From NCBI GenBank assembly GCA_947626145.1, contig CANQRB010000004.1, positions 29,250-93,249 of the forward strand: DNA of 64,000 nt, in the 5' to 3' direction. A program made the position numbers and the translations under genes. Positions 9,042 through 19,069 of this stretch are shown here, one piece after another. The notes beneath the pieces are model-generated. The model worked only from the letters and a program-made list of their open reading frames with translations, searched no databases and was not told where the DNA came from. Origin of the DNA: an uncultured Clostridia bacterium (GTDB lineage: Bacteria; Bacillota; Clostridia; UMGS1883). Every line of letters begins with the position of its first letter. The stretch's first letter is position 1.

Positions 9042-9759
9042 CGAAAAGGATATTGCCATAAAAAAAATTTTGGACGCGGGCGTCGTTACCCCTTGGGACA
9101 GGGTGAAAAAAAACTTGCTGGCGCTCCGTTTCTGCGCGCCGAAGCACATATTTTTCGACATGGGCGACTGCCTGTTTTTGGGACTGCTGGCGGCAGCGGC
9201 AGGTTGGATATTGCTTTTGAATATAAACGGCGGCTTTGTCTGCTGTTCCCTGCTGCTCGCCTCCCCTTTTGCATATATGATAACCTGCCTTCTGACGGCG
9301 TGGAAGGAGCGTCAACGGCGGATGTATGAAATAAAAATGACCTGCTATTTTAATCTGCATCAGGTGACGGCCCTCCGGATGCTGTATTTCAGCGGCCTTA
9401 ATTTAATTGTAAATTTTGTCATGATTCTGCTCGAACGCCGAATTTCTATTTTGGGAGCTTTGTTCTGGCGGCTTTTGGGCATTTCCTTTTCCGGCATATT
9501 TATTTACGGAGTTTTGCTAATAGCTTTCCAAATAAAAGTCCATGGCAGAATGTCCGTTATCTTACCGCCTGTTTTTTGGCTGATGATAAACAGCGTGATA
9601 TTCATTGTATGGAACGAAAGAATAGAATTTATAATATTAAATTTATCCGTTTATATAGTATATCTTGTGACGGCGGGACTGCTCATGCTGTATATTGCGA
9701 TGCTATACACCTATATGACGAATTGGAGAGGAGAAACAGACTATGCTTTCAGTGAATAA
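9016..9759 (+). CDS. Polytopic membrane protein, candidate anti-sigma factor (YxlC-like position), translationally coupled to the sigma gene
   Basis: Overlaps the sigma stop by 26 nt; AGGAG 7 nt before ATG 9016; multiple TM helices after a short cytoplasmic N-terminus. Confidence 0.5.
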   Translation: MSTETLSNDEKDIAIKKILDAGVVTPWDRVKKNLLALRFCAPKHIFFDMGDCLFLGLLAAAAGWILLLNINGGFVCCSLLLASPFAYMITCLLTAWKERQRRMYEIKMTCYFNLHQVTALRMLYFSGLNLIVNFVMILLERRISILGALFWRLLGISFSGIFIYGVLLIAFQIKVHGRMSVILPPVFWLMINSVIFIVWNERIEFIILNLSVYIVYLVTAGLLMLYIAMLYTYMTNWRGETDYAFSE

Positions 9760-10600
9760 CGTCACAAAAAAATACGGTGATTTCACTGCGCTTCAAGACA
9801 TAAACATTGAGTTTGACCGAGGAGTTTACGGACTGCTGGCGCCCAACGGAGCCGGAAAAACCACTCTGATGAAAATGCTGGCCACCCTTTCCTTCCCAAC
9901 AAAGGGGGAGATTTTGTGGAACGGCACGGATATATTTCAACTGGACGAGGAATACCGTGATATTCTGGGCTTTTTGCCGCAGAAGTTCGGCTATTACAGG
10001 AATTATTCCCCGCGCAGGTTCTTGGGCTACATGGCGGCGTTAAAAGGCATAGAAAAAAACGGGGCGGAGGAAAAAATCGACTCACTTCTTAAAAAGGTCT
10101 TTCTCGAAGAATTTGCGGATAAAAAAATGAAGCAGTTTTCAGGGGGTATGCTCCAACGGGTAGGCATCGCTCAGGCTCTGCTCAACGACCCCGAGCTGCT
10201 TATTCTGGACGAGCCCACCGCCGGACTTGACCCAAAGGAGCGGGTTCGCTTTCGCTCCATGCTCCACTCTTTGGCCGGTGAACGCATAGTTATTCTGTCA
10301 ACTCATATCGTTTCCGACATTGAAACAATAGCTGATAAAATAATTTTGCTTAAGGATCATAAACTGCTTTGCTGTGCCGCGCCCACAAGGCTGTGCTCCG
10401 CGTTGCAGGGCAAAATTTTTGAGATACCCGCCGACAGGCATATTGACGCGCCCTGTGAAATTCTGTATGAGCGCCAGACCGGAACAGGGACCGTCCTGCG
10501 TATTTACAGCGAGTCACGCCCTGACGGAGCAACGGAAACGGCCGCGAACCTTGAGGACGTGTTCCTGACGGTTTACCGTGACGAAAGGAGACAAAAATGA
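9743..10600 (+). CDS. ABC transporter ATP-binding protein
   Basis: Walker A GLLAPNGAGKTTL, ABC signature LSGGMLQRVGIAQAL, Walker B LLILDEPTAGLD. Confidence 0.9.
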   Translation: MLSVNNVTKKYGDFTALQDINIEFDRGVYGLLAPNGAGKTTLMKMLATLSFPTKGEILWNGTDIFQLDEEYRDILGFLPQKFGYYRNYSPRRFLGYMAALKGIEKNGAEEKIDSLLKKVFLEEFADKKMKQFSGGMLQRVGIAQALLNDPELLILDEPTAGLDPKERVRFRSMLHSLAGERIVILSTHIVSDIETIADKIILLKDHKLLCCAAPTRLCSALQGKIFEIPADRHIDAPCEILYERQTGTGTVLRIYSESRPDGATETAANLEDVFLTVYRDERRQK

Positions 10601-11751
10601 AACTGATAAAATCGGAAATTAAGAAGCTTGTATTTAACAAAAGCCTGTATTTTTTTCTGGCCATTTGCCTGACGTTAAATCTTGCGCTGATCGCTGTGAC
10701 GGGCGGCGAACGTTCTTATATAAAATATATTGGAGAAATCACGGCGAACGCCGGAGACAGGATCAACCGTTCTTTTCTTAATTATGTCAGCGCTTTGCCG
10801 GACAGCGAGTTCATCGACCGCCTCACAGCCGCCTGTGCCGGTGCGGGAAAAATCTTCGACAGCTTTGACGCGGCGGCATTGGGCAGAAACTGGTATTATG
10901 ATGAATACTATATAAAGTCCTCTTTCCTTCATAGAATGTTATATGAGAAATACGAAAAATTAAACAATTCAGTGAAATTGCTGAATTCCGAAAACGCCGA
11001 TCTGTCCGTTTACGGGGCCGACGCCACGGGGAATTTCCATGAGGCTCTGTTTACATATACACTCAAAGCGCTGATGATAGAGGGATTTATACTTATTTCT
11101 CTCCTTACGATCCACATAATGGGCATTGAACGTCAAAGCCTTACCGAGTCCATAATATATTCCAGCCGAAGAGGTCGGGCCCTTGTCAAAGACAAAATGT
11201 GCGCCGCCTGGATAGTGAATACCGGCTGCATCTTGCTGCTGTACGGGTCAACGCTGGCGTTTTTCTTTTCGGTATGGGATATCGGCGGCCTTTGGGAAGC
11301 CAACGTGTCAAGCTGCTTCCACCTTGTGACGGACGTTGATCTGCCGTTTCTGAAGCCTTTCCTCACTTGGACAAGCTTCACGGTAAGAGAGTATTTCACC
11401 GCGACTCTGCTTTTGGAAGCCGCATTGCTGTTGGTGTGGCAGCTCATATCCTCCTGCATCGGAATTTTGTGCGGCAGTTCCGCCAAAGGATTTCTGACGG
11501 CGGCGGCCTGCCTTACGGGTCCGTATTTTCTGCCGTTTGTTTTTAAATCGCTGAGCTGTGGGTGGTCATTTTATATTAACACCTTTTCCATCTCAATGTT
11601 AACGCTTAATCAGCATTTGTGGTTTACGGACATGGGTGTTTACGAGCTGCTGCCGTGGCAGGAAACCTTGTCGGCCGGAATACATTTATCCGTGTGTGTT
11701 CCGCTCTTTTTTACGGCAATTAAAATATTCAAAAGAAGGGAGCTGATGTAA
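10597..11751 (+). CDS. ABC-2-like permease / membrane protein
   Basis: N-terminal TM helix, large extracytoplasmic loop, then about five TM helices; 4-nt overlap with the ATPase stop. Confidence 0.6.
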   Translation: MKLIKSEIKKLVFNKSLYFFLAICLTLNLALIAVTGGERSYIKYIGEITANAGDRINRSFLNYVSALPDSEFIDRLTAACAGAGKIFDSFDAAALGRNWYYDEYYIKSSFLHRMLYEKYEKLNNSVKLLNSENADLSVYGADATGNFHEALFTYTLKALMIEGFILISLLTIHIMGIERQSLTESIIYSSRRGRALVKDKMCAAWIVNTGCILLLYGSTLAFFFSVWDIGGLWEANVSSCFHLVTDVDLPFLKPFLTWTSFTVREYFTATLLLEAALLLVWQLISSCIGILCGSSAKGFLTAAACLTGPYFLPFVFKSLSCGWSFYINTFSISMLTLNQHLWFTDMGVYELLPWQETLSAGIHLSVCVPLFFTAIKIFKRRELM

Positions 11752-12933
11752 ATGTTTGTCTGGGAGCTCAGAAAAGTTTGGACAAAGGAGCATATCTTAC
11801 TCATCGCCGCGGTCACGCTTCTTTTTTCTCTGACCTTTCTTGTACCGCCAATAAGGTCGGTGACTGTGACAGAAGAGGGCGAGGAAATCTTCTCCGCGAG
11901 GATGGGGATAATCAAGGAGTGGCTCAATAAATATGACACACAAATTACGCCTCAGGAATTTGAAGAGATAAAAAGGATCTATGATGAACGCCTTTCCGAC
12001 GGACAGGCTGTCATTTCAACGCAGCCCTATTTCGCGGAGAATAATGTGTTTACTTATGACGACTATCTTTCTTACGGTAATAACGCCCTGAACGGCGCGG
12101 AAGGCTACTCCTACGACAGCTTCCGCAAAATGCGTGAGTTCATATCCGAAGGCACCGATTATTCCGCCATGTATTATCAGGAGTATGAAGATCTCATACA
12201 TAAATATGTTGACGGCAGCTCGCGAAAAGCTCGTTATATTGAAACGCTCCTGTCCGGCAAAGCCGAAAAGGCCGCAATATCCGAGCTCGACACGCTTCGC
12301 CGAACCAAAGGCGTCGGCAGTCTGCTGCCCGGCGAACTTGTGTACGCCGCAAACCGTTACTATGTCAACCTCTCAATTTTGCTCATTATATTGGCGATGT
12401 TCATTTCCGGGCCTGTCATGGTCAACGATAATGCCAATAACATTCGGCCGGGGCAATACAGCAGCAAAATCGGTCTCAAAATATATCAGCGTCAGTATGC
12501 GGCCATGGCGGTTTCTCTTTCCGCACTTACGGCACTCATGCTCATCGGCAGCTTGACGCTTTGGCTTGCAGTCGGGGCCGGCCGCTTTTTCCAATGCGGC
12601 ATCTTTGCTTTTCAAATGATGGAAACGCCGGTGACGGGCGATCTATCGTTTGGCGTGTATTTGGTTTTGATTTCGGCGCTGATTTTTATTCTTGTAAACG
12701 GTGTTGGCGGGCTTATGTTTTATCTTTCCGGCACGAGCCGCAATTTTATCGAGATGCTGATGAAATCGATACCCGCCGCGGTTTTTGGGATAATGCTGTC
12801 GCTTTCTTTAAATGACCTGTTTCTCAATACAAACTTTCTTTTCCGTATGACAGGGATAAGAGGTGTGGAGATTTTTCCGGTTATTTTGATTTTCATATTT
12901 GGATTATTGATAAATTTAAAAGGGATACGTTAG
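11752..12933 (+). CDS. Second ABC-2-like permease / membrane protein
   Basis: Same architecture as the preceding gene; starts immediately after its stop; RBS AAGGGAG. Confidence 0.55.
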   Translation: MFVWELRKVWTKEHILLIAAVTLLFSLTFLVPPIRSVTVTEEGEEIFSARMGIIKEWLNKYDTQITPQEFEEIKRIYDERLSDGQAVISTQPYFAENNVFTYDDYLSYGNNALNGAEGYSYDSFRKMREFISEGTDYSAMYYQEYEDLIHKYVDGSSRKARYIETLLSGKAEKAAISELDTLRRTKGVGSLLPGELVYAANRYYVNLSILLIILAMFISGPVMVNDNANNIRPGQYSSKIGLKIYQRQYAAMAVSLSALTALMLIGSLTLWLAVGAGRFFQCGIFAFQMMETPVTGDLSFGVYLVLISALIFILVNGVGGLMFYLSGTSRNFIEMLMKSIPAAVFGIMLSLSLNDLFLNTNFLFRMTGIRGVEIFPVILIFIFGLLINLKGIR

Positions 12934-12997
12934 TAATGCGGTATGGAGAAGCTGTCTGTTGGGCTTGGCGAAGTTAGCATGGTATCACCTCAAAACG

Positions 12998-13040
12998 AAA
13001 CGGACGCTCCGCTTGGAACGTCCGTTTGATTATCTTTTTA
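12998..13040. terminator. Hairpin (aaacggacg...cgtccgttt) with a weak T-rich tail between convergent operons
   Basis: 9-bp stem and 12-nt loop, then gattatcttttt. Confidence 0.4.
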
Positions 13041-13092
13041 CTCTACCATTTTAACACATATATAACTCTCATTCAATCACATTTACTCTCAT

Positions 13093-13404
13093 CTATTCTA
13101 ACTTTTTTTGATAATCGCTTTTAGCATAAACGACTCTCGTAACAGTTATCAGCTTCTCGCGCTCATCCACACGATAAAACATAATATAATTCTTAATCAG
13201 CAGTTTACGGTACTCATATTTTAAAGTTTGGAGTGGGCGATAAACAGGCATGGAATACGGAAAAACTCTGATTTTTTCCGCTTCGGTTATAAACTCCTCA
13301 GCTAACCGTCCGGCCGCAATGGGATTTGATAATGTTTTGCCGATATATGTCACAATGTTAATCATATCCTGTTGGGCGATAGGCTGAAACTCCAAATCAT
13401 ACAT
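13093..13404 (-). CDS. RelE/ParE-family type II toxin
   Basis: About 100-aa protein matching the ParE/RelE plasmid-stabilisation toxin pattern; ATG shares an 8-nt overlap (ATGTATGA) with the antitoxin stop. Confidence 0.75.
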   Translation of the reverse strand: MYDLEFQPIAQQDMINIVTYIGKTLSNPIAAGRLAEEFITEAEKIRVFPYSMPVYRPLQTLKYEYRKLLIKNYIMFYRVDEREKLITVTRVVYAKSDYQKKLE

Positions 13405-13675
13405 TTTCGGTTTCTCCAATCGCCTCGCGCATATTTTTCAAGACTTCTTTTGGTGAAAACCGCTTGTTTGTCATTTCCGCCTCATACTCCGCCTCCTTAA
13501 GCTTAAAGTACACTTCGCTTTCAAACTGAAGATTTTCATAAGCTTCCATACTCATAACAACCATGTCGCCAAAACCGTTTTTTGTTAAGAAAACGGGCTG
13601 CTTTGTTTCGTGGACTGTCTTGGAAATATCCGCAAATTTATTTCTTAAGTCCGAAACGGGTCTTATTAAATTCAT
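13397..13675 (-). CDS. Phd/YefM-family antitoxin
   Basis: MNLIRPVSDLRNKFADISKTVHETKQPVFLTKNGFGDMVVMSMEAYENL is a classic Phd/YefM N-terminus; RBS AGGAGG 7 nt before ATG. Confidence 0.75.
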   Translation of the reverse strand: MNLIRPVSDLRNKFADISKTVHETKQPVFLTKNGFGDMVVMSMEAYENLQFESEVYFKLKEAEYEAEMTNKRFSPKEVLKNMREAIGETENV

Positions 13676-13704
13676 AAAAATTCCTCCTATCATATTATGA
13701 TTGT

Positions 13705-13728
13705 ATTTTAGCACAATTATGCTAAAAT
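13705..13728 (-). promoter_or_regulatory. 24-bp near-perfect palindrome (ATTTTAGCACAATTATGCTAAAAT) overlapping the putative TA promoter (TTGCAA-17-TAAAAT); likely antitoxin operator
   Basis: 22/24 palindromic. The -10 TAAAAT and -35 TTGCAA, read on the minus strand, overlap it. Confidence 0.45.
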
Positions 13729-13777
13729 TGCAAGAGGAAATTTTTATTTTTATAAAGTGATTTCCTTGCTAAAGCTA

Positions 13778-13813
13778 CAAAAAATGAGCTATGGAGGGTT
13801 GGCTCCATAGCTC
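13778..13813 (-). terminator. Intrinsic terminator for the SLH-protease gene (11-bp perfect stem gagctatggag/ctccatagctc then ATTTTTTG on the minus strand)
   Basis: Perfect hairpin followed by a T run in the minus-strand reading direction, about 115 nt past the stop. Confidence 0.6.
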
Positions 13814-13927
13814 GATAACTTACGTAGTGCCTATATTGTACAGTCTTGCGCCTGACGCACCGCGGTCGCAAAGCTTCCTATTCGAGGGCAAATGACCTGA
13901 TAAGTGATAGCCTATTGCAAATCTAAA

Positions 13928-16900
13928 TTATAAGGCTATCATACCATCAGTTTCATCATTACCATTAAGTTCTTCGTCCTTTTTGCCTGTGTTTTTATTC
14001 TCAGATATATCTCCTTCGAAAGCTGTTTCGACGGACTCTTCATTTTTAAGTTCTTTGCCTCCAAACTCATTACTGATATCCTTTATTGGCACTTTGTCTG
14101 GCAAGGATTCAATAGAAACTAGTGACTCTTCATCATGATAATTTATTAATATGCCATTAGATATTTTGAATACAGGCCAAGAGTTTCCTGATTGGTTAGA
14201 AGAAACTTTGTACACCTCAACTAAGTTATTTCCATTATATAACTCTACCTGTGCACCCGAAGTCGCCCAAGTACCTTCACCGTAGAACCAGTATACATAA
14301 TATTCATATGTGCTATTTATGTCCACTTCAAATGTAACGGTTTCCGGCCCTTCTCCATCGGTATCATCCACATCCAAATTGGCCACCAAATCTCCTGATG
14401 CATTATATCCGTTTCTGTTAGAAAAATATACATGAAAGTTTCTATGGTCTGAAAGGCTTCCAACCAAATGAGAGTCTAAGTCGCTGGGATTCATGTTCCA
14501 ACGAAGAACTGCCCTATATTGATTGCTAGTCATCGAAGGAGAAATGCTTCCATTTTGATTGGCAACTTCTCTTCCCCCAATTATTGTGACGTTGAAATAT
14601 CCGGTGGTGTATCCGTACTTTTCCATTTCTATTGTATAATACCCAGAGGATGCAGTTAGTGAATATTCACCACTACCGTTAGTTATTGTTGAAGATATTT
14701 CCTCACCTTTACTACTATTCCACCCGTTTCTCAACCTGACTATTACGCCATCAATAGGATATCCGGTTGTTGCGCTTGTAATAACGCCGCTTATTTTTCC
14801 TTCACCAGACTTTACAAGTTTAACAAGTTCTTCTGTTTGGTTGTCTTTTGTTACTGTCGCAAGCCCGTAGAAAGGCATATAACCGTCTTTTTCAATAACA
14901 ACAGAATATGTTCCCACATCAAGAGACAGTTCTTTTGCTCCCTCTGCGCCTATTTGAACTTTCCCAATCAAGAAATCATCATCAAGTATAGATATAGTTG
15001 CATCTTTTATAAATGTTTCATCTTCCGCATCAACAATTTGTATATAAAGAGTACCTCTATCCCCATATATACCAACATCATCAAATGCACGTTTTATAGT
15101 CATTTTTTCCGCTTTAGACAATCCCTGAGTATCAGCTTGAAGCAGTACATTTCTCCTTACGGTTTTAAAGTTAGAATTTGCACTGAAGCCCTTGCCCAAC
15201 GAACCATACCATAGGTCTATAAGCTTAGACATTGAAATGGCCGGAAGACTATAAGAGGGATAGCCTTGTGACATTAAATATGCAGCATGAGAAATTACTG
15301 ATGAATTCGTGTGAGCAAATACTGATTTATTACCAGTATTAGTGCACCAATTAGTTCCACCAACTTTACTGGGCTTATGGCAGGAAGATGGATCCTTAAC
15401 ATTTCTTAATGGTCGCCAGTCCTCCCCTATGGTATAGTTATTATCATCAACGAACCATCCAAAGATATCTGCGTATGCTTCGTTGATTGCATAAGATATA
15501 TGACCATTACTGTGATCGTGACTAAGTCCATTCCCTGTCTTAAACTGAACTACTCCATGAGTGTACTCATGAGCAATAATATCAAGTCCGCTGGCCGTAG
15601 TAGTTTGGAGATTACTGTCGTTATTACTATTATCATAAAAATAGAATTCTTTGTTGCCGCCTGTCCAACACGCATTACTACTGCCTCCAAATTTATGAAC
15701 AGTTACTTTAATAGGATATCCATTCCCGTCCACAGAGCGTCTGCCCAAAGTGTCCGCATACCAATTATATACATCTATCATATTGGTGTATGCAGAAATA
15801 GCCGTTTTATCTCGCCATACATTAAATTCACTGCCAACTCTACTATTAACAAGTCCCCCATCATACATTTTAATGTTTCTCTCTGAATCTTCCATATAGT
15901 AGAATAACCAATCCCATTGTTTAAATTGTACGGGGAATGACACTTCGGTATTTTTTTCATTTTCACCGCTACCAGTTACTCTTTTGTCGCCCCAGTCTAA
16001 AATATTGCTTCCAGAATAAATTACGGAACCAGTATATCCATTTATGATTACAGTTTCGTCAATATTGTCGCCAGACAAACAAATTACATATGCTACAACA
16101 GGACTTTGCTCATATTCATCAAGAGAATATATAACTACCTCTGTTGATACAACATCTACTGATTCTTGCGGGTACTGACTTTTAGCAATATTTATTGCTT
16201 CACTTTCTGATATCACGGGGTCGGTATTTACATCAACTAAGTTTGCAGATGCAACTACATCGGATGTTAATGAAGTAGATGTTCCATTATTATCTACAGA
16301 CACGGTTAAATTTCTATCATAAACGTCAAGCCCATTATATTGTTGACTAAAAGTATAATCAGTTCCGTATTTGCCAGAATTTGTCACAGATATATTTAAT
16401 TCTTTTATTGGATCGTTCATGCCAAGAATTGTTCGAACTCCGTATATTGCATAAAGAGCATCGTCTGGGGAGTTTATATCAATATCACTTATTTTACCAC
16501 TTATCGCTGTTACTTGGGATCCCTCTTCATTGTATTCTATATAAGTATCAAAATCTGCATCCTTATTCATTTGCTCTATATCGACAACTGAATTATTAGG
16601 AGACTCATTAATATTAAAGTTACTTTCTTTTATAACCGTAACTTCAAAAGATTTTGTTAAATTATAGTCTCCTTTCGATATGCTAGCGTTGAGTCTAACA
16701 TTTTTATTCTCATTTATCGGACGTGAGACGGAACCGCTTTCTGAAACTACATTAATATTGTTACTTTCCCATGATATATCTACTGTTTCAATCATTGTTG
16801 GTAAAATCAAATCATGAGTAACAGATTCTTTACAGTCACCTTTACTATATGTAATTTCAAGAGTATCATATGCATATTGAACTATCGCTTTATTAAATTC

Positions 16901-18259
16901 ATTCTCATCATATTCTACCCACCTTGCATACAAAGTTAATTTATTGTTAACGGCCAATTTAAAATCATAGATATTTTCGCAATCCCTATCAGTATACCAG
17001 CCACCAAACAAATAATCTTTACGTTCAGGGTCTTTGGGAATTGTAACATTATTTCCAGCTAAAATCTCTTGACTTTCAGGCGCATCCTCTGCCCCTTCAT
17101 AATTCAAATCAAAGGTGACAGTGTAAACGCCGTCCTCCTCAATTTCTTCTTCCCAACCAGCATACAGAGTCAAGCGCTCGGTAATTTCCGTGTTCTCAAA
17201 ATCAAACTCATAAACGCATTCCTCATCTGTGTACCAGCCCGTGAAGATATAGCCCTCTCTTTCGGGATCATCGGGACGCTCTGCATAATCGTTCTTCTTT
17301 ACTTTCTGGGTAGCCGGAGGATTTTTCGCTCCTGAATAATTCAGGTCAAATTTTACATTGTATCTCGTGGTGCCGCCGGAGCTTCCGCCACCACCGCCAC
17401 CACCGGTGGAACGACTTATCGTATATTCAACGCTCATCACATCGCTGACAAGAACATCATCTTTTACCGCGATTGCCTTCAGTGTCGCGGTAGACAGTAT
17501 ATTTATATTGCCACCTGTGTATTCCTCGCTGTCAACTGTGGGCTCTGTTCCATCGGTCGTATAGTAAATCTTAACGCCCTCGGTGTCGCTCTTAAGCGTT
17601 ACAAGCTGATTTACATAATATGTGCCCGCCTCAACGGACGCGACAGGGGCGGCTACCGTTGTGCGGAGACCGTTATAAACCATTACGGCAATGTCCCCAC
17701 GGGTAGAGGCTGATCCCTTTCTGCCCTTGAGGTTATCCGTTATACCGTTATCCTCAGCCGCTTTAATATAGCCGGCAGACCAATCATCAGGGTCGGATTC
17801 AACATCGTCGCCAAGACCGACGCCGCAAACCACCATCTTTATGGCCTCTTCATATTTGACGTCGTCATCCGGCATAAATCCGCCGCTACCGTTGCCGTTT
17901 ATTATCTCCTCTTTCGCGGCGACATTGATGTAGCCGCTGGCCCAGTGGTCGGCGGGAACATCGTCAAACTTTGTGGCGCCCTTGGAATTGCGGGCATCGT
18001 TCTCCTTGCCTATCATGCGGCATACTACCGCCGCCATTTCGGACCTTGTGATAGATTTATCCGCCCCAAATGTACCGTCGGCGTAGCCGGTGAAAATGTC
18101 GAGCTTTTCCAGAGCGAGAGCCGCCTCGGCGTAATACTCATTCCCCGTAACATCGGAAAAGACCGTGCCTGCGGCAAAAGCACCGATCGGCGCAAGCGAC
18201 AGTGTCATTGCCAAAACTAAAATGATGCTTAAAAATTTTTTCACGATTGTAACCTCCAA
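13928..18259 (-). CDS. SLH-domain-anchored thermolysin-like (M4) zinc metalloprotease. Order: signal peptide, 3 SLH, Ig-like, Listeria-Bacteroides-type repeats, PepSY/FTP propeptide, M4 catalytic domain, C-terminal beta-sandwich domains. Likely GTG start at 18244
   Basis: SLH repeats (FSDVTGNEYYAEAALALEKLDIFTGYADGTFGADKSITRSEMAAV...). GWYTD repeats. HEXXH as IIAHEYTHGVVQ plus downstream NEAYADIFG (thermolysin-type zinc ligands). Poly-Gly linker. GGAGGT lies 7 nt before the GTG. Confidence 0.85.
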   Translation of the reverse strand: MEVTIVKKFLSIILVLAMTLSLAPIGAFAAGTVFSDVTGNEYYAEAALALEKLDIFTGYADGTFGADKSITRSEMAAVVCRMIGKENDARNSKGATKFDDVPADHWASGYINVAAKEEIINGNGSGGFMPDDDVKYEEAIKMVVCGVGLGDDVESDPDDWSAGYIKAAEDNGITDNLKGRKGSASTRGDIAVMVYNGLRTTVAAPVASVEAGTYYVNQLVTLKSDTEGVKIYYTTDGTEPTVDSEEYTGGNINILSTATLKAIAVKDDVLVSDVMSVEYTISRSTGGGGGGGSSGGTTRYNVKFDLNYSGAKNPPATQKVKKNDYAERPDDPEREGYIFTGWYTDEECVYEFDFENTEITERLTLYAGWEEEIEEDGVYTVTFDLNYEGAEDAPESQEILAGNNVTIPKDPERKDYLFGGWYTDRDCENIYDFKLAVNNKLTLYARWVEYDENEFNKAIVQYAYDTLEITYSKGDCKESVTHDLILPTMIETVDISWESNNINVVSESGSVSRPINENKNVRLNASISKGDYNLTKSFEVTVIKESNFNINESPNNSVVDIEQMNKDADFDTYIEYNEEGSQVTAISGKISDIDINSPDDALYAIYGVRTILGMNDPIKELNISVTNSGKYGTDYTFSQQYNGLDVYDRNLTVSVDNNGTSTSLTSDVVASANLVDVNTDPVISESEAINIAKSQYPQESVDVVSTEVVIYSLDEYEQSPVVAYVICLSGDNIDETVIINGYTGSVIYSGSNILDWGDKRVTGSGENEKNTEVSFPVQFKQWDWLFYYMEDSERNIKMYDGGLVNSRVGSEFNVWRDKTAISAYTNMIDVYNWYADTLGRRSVDGNGYPIKVTVHKFGGSSNACWTGGNKEFYFYDNSNNDSNLQTTTASGLDIIAHEYTHGVVQFKTGNGLSHDHSNGHISYAINEAYADIFGWFVDDNNYTIGEDWRPLRNVKDPSSCHKPSKVGGTNWCTNTGNKSVFAHTNSSVISHAAYLMSQGYPSYSLPAISMSKLIDLWYGSLGKGFSANSNFKTVRRNVLLQADTQGLSKAEKMTIKRAFDDVGIYGDRGTLYIQIVDAEDETFIKDATISILDDDFLIGKVQIGAEGAKELSLDVGTYSVVIEKDGYMPFYGLATVTKDNQTEELVKLVKSGEGKISGVITSATTGYPIDGVIVRLRNGWNSSKGEEISSTITNGSGEYSLTASSGYYTIEMEKYGYTTGYFNVTIIGGREVANQNGSISPSMTSNQYRAVLRWNMNPSDLDSHLVGSLSDHRNFHVYFSNRNGYNASGDLVANLDVDDTDGEGPETVTFEVDINSTYEYYVYWFYGEGTWATSGAQVELYNGNNLVEVYKVSSNQSGNSWPVFKISNGILINYHDEESLVSIESLPDKVPIKDISNEFGGKELKNEESVETAFEGDISENKNTGKKDEELNGNDETDGMIAL

Positions 18260-19069
18260 TTTTATTTATTCACTTTCTAATTGCAGGAAAACACCGCCAC
18301 TGTATGTCACGCCCCCTTTTGGGCGAATTTGTCCTCCGTACAATAAAAAATGCGCAGCTCATCGGAGCCGCGCACGAAAAATGCTTAGCTCCGAATTTAC
18401 TGCGACATAAATTAATATAACACAAAAGAAACGCATTTTTGGCACTCGCTCATTAAAAATGCAACCAGAGCGTTACAGGAGCAGCATTTTTACCAATGCT
18501 AATGTTGCTCCGGTTAGCACTTTTATACGTTAGAATGTTAAAACAATGATAGAAAATATAGGTACTCAAAAAAGAGCGCAAAAAGCGAACTTAATAAGCG
18601 TTTCTATATTAATCTATGTCGCAAATAAAGTATACCACACATTTTTCCGGTTGTAAAGTGTTTTTTTTTCGTAAATGAATAATTTTTTATAACATATTCG
18701 CCGCGAAACCCATCTAGGCGCTTATCTTGCTGCTGAACGGCTCCCCGACTGTTTTACAAAAGAGTCGAACATTGCACAAATTCGTTCTTCGTAGGAAGGA
18801 GCTGCCACAACATTTCCCTCCTTTTGCTAAAAATTGTTCTTGGTCGGTTTTCCCCCCCTTTGTAATACCGGAACAATTTAAGTTATACAAAATCGGAAAT
18901 TTTTTTAAATTATCTGAAAAAGTCAAAATAAAAAGGACAGATTAATATCTATCATTCTCAGTATTCAATTACATCGCCTTTAAAAATCCCCTCCGGCGCA
19001 TGAGGGGGTTTACGCCGGAGAAAATTTTATATATCAAAGAGGCCCGTGCCTCTTAATTTTTGCGGCCGG

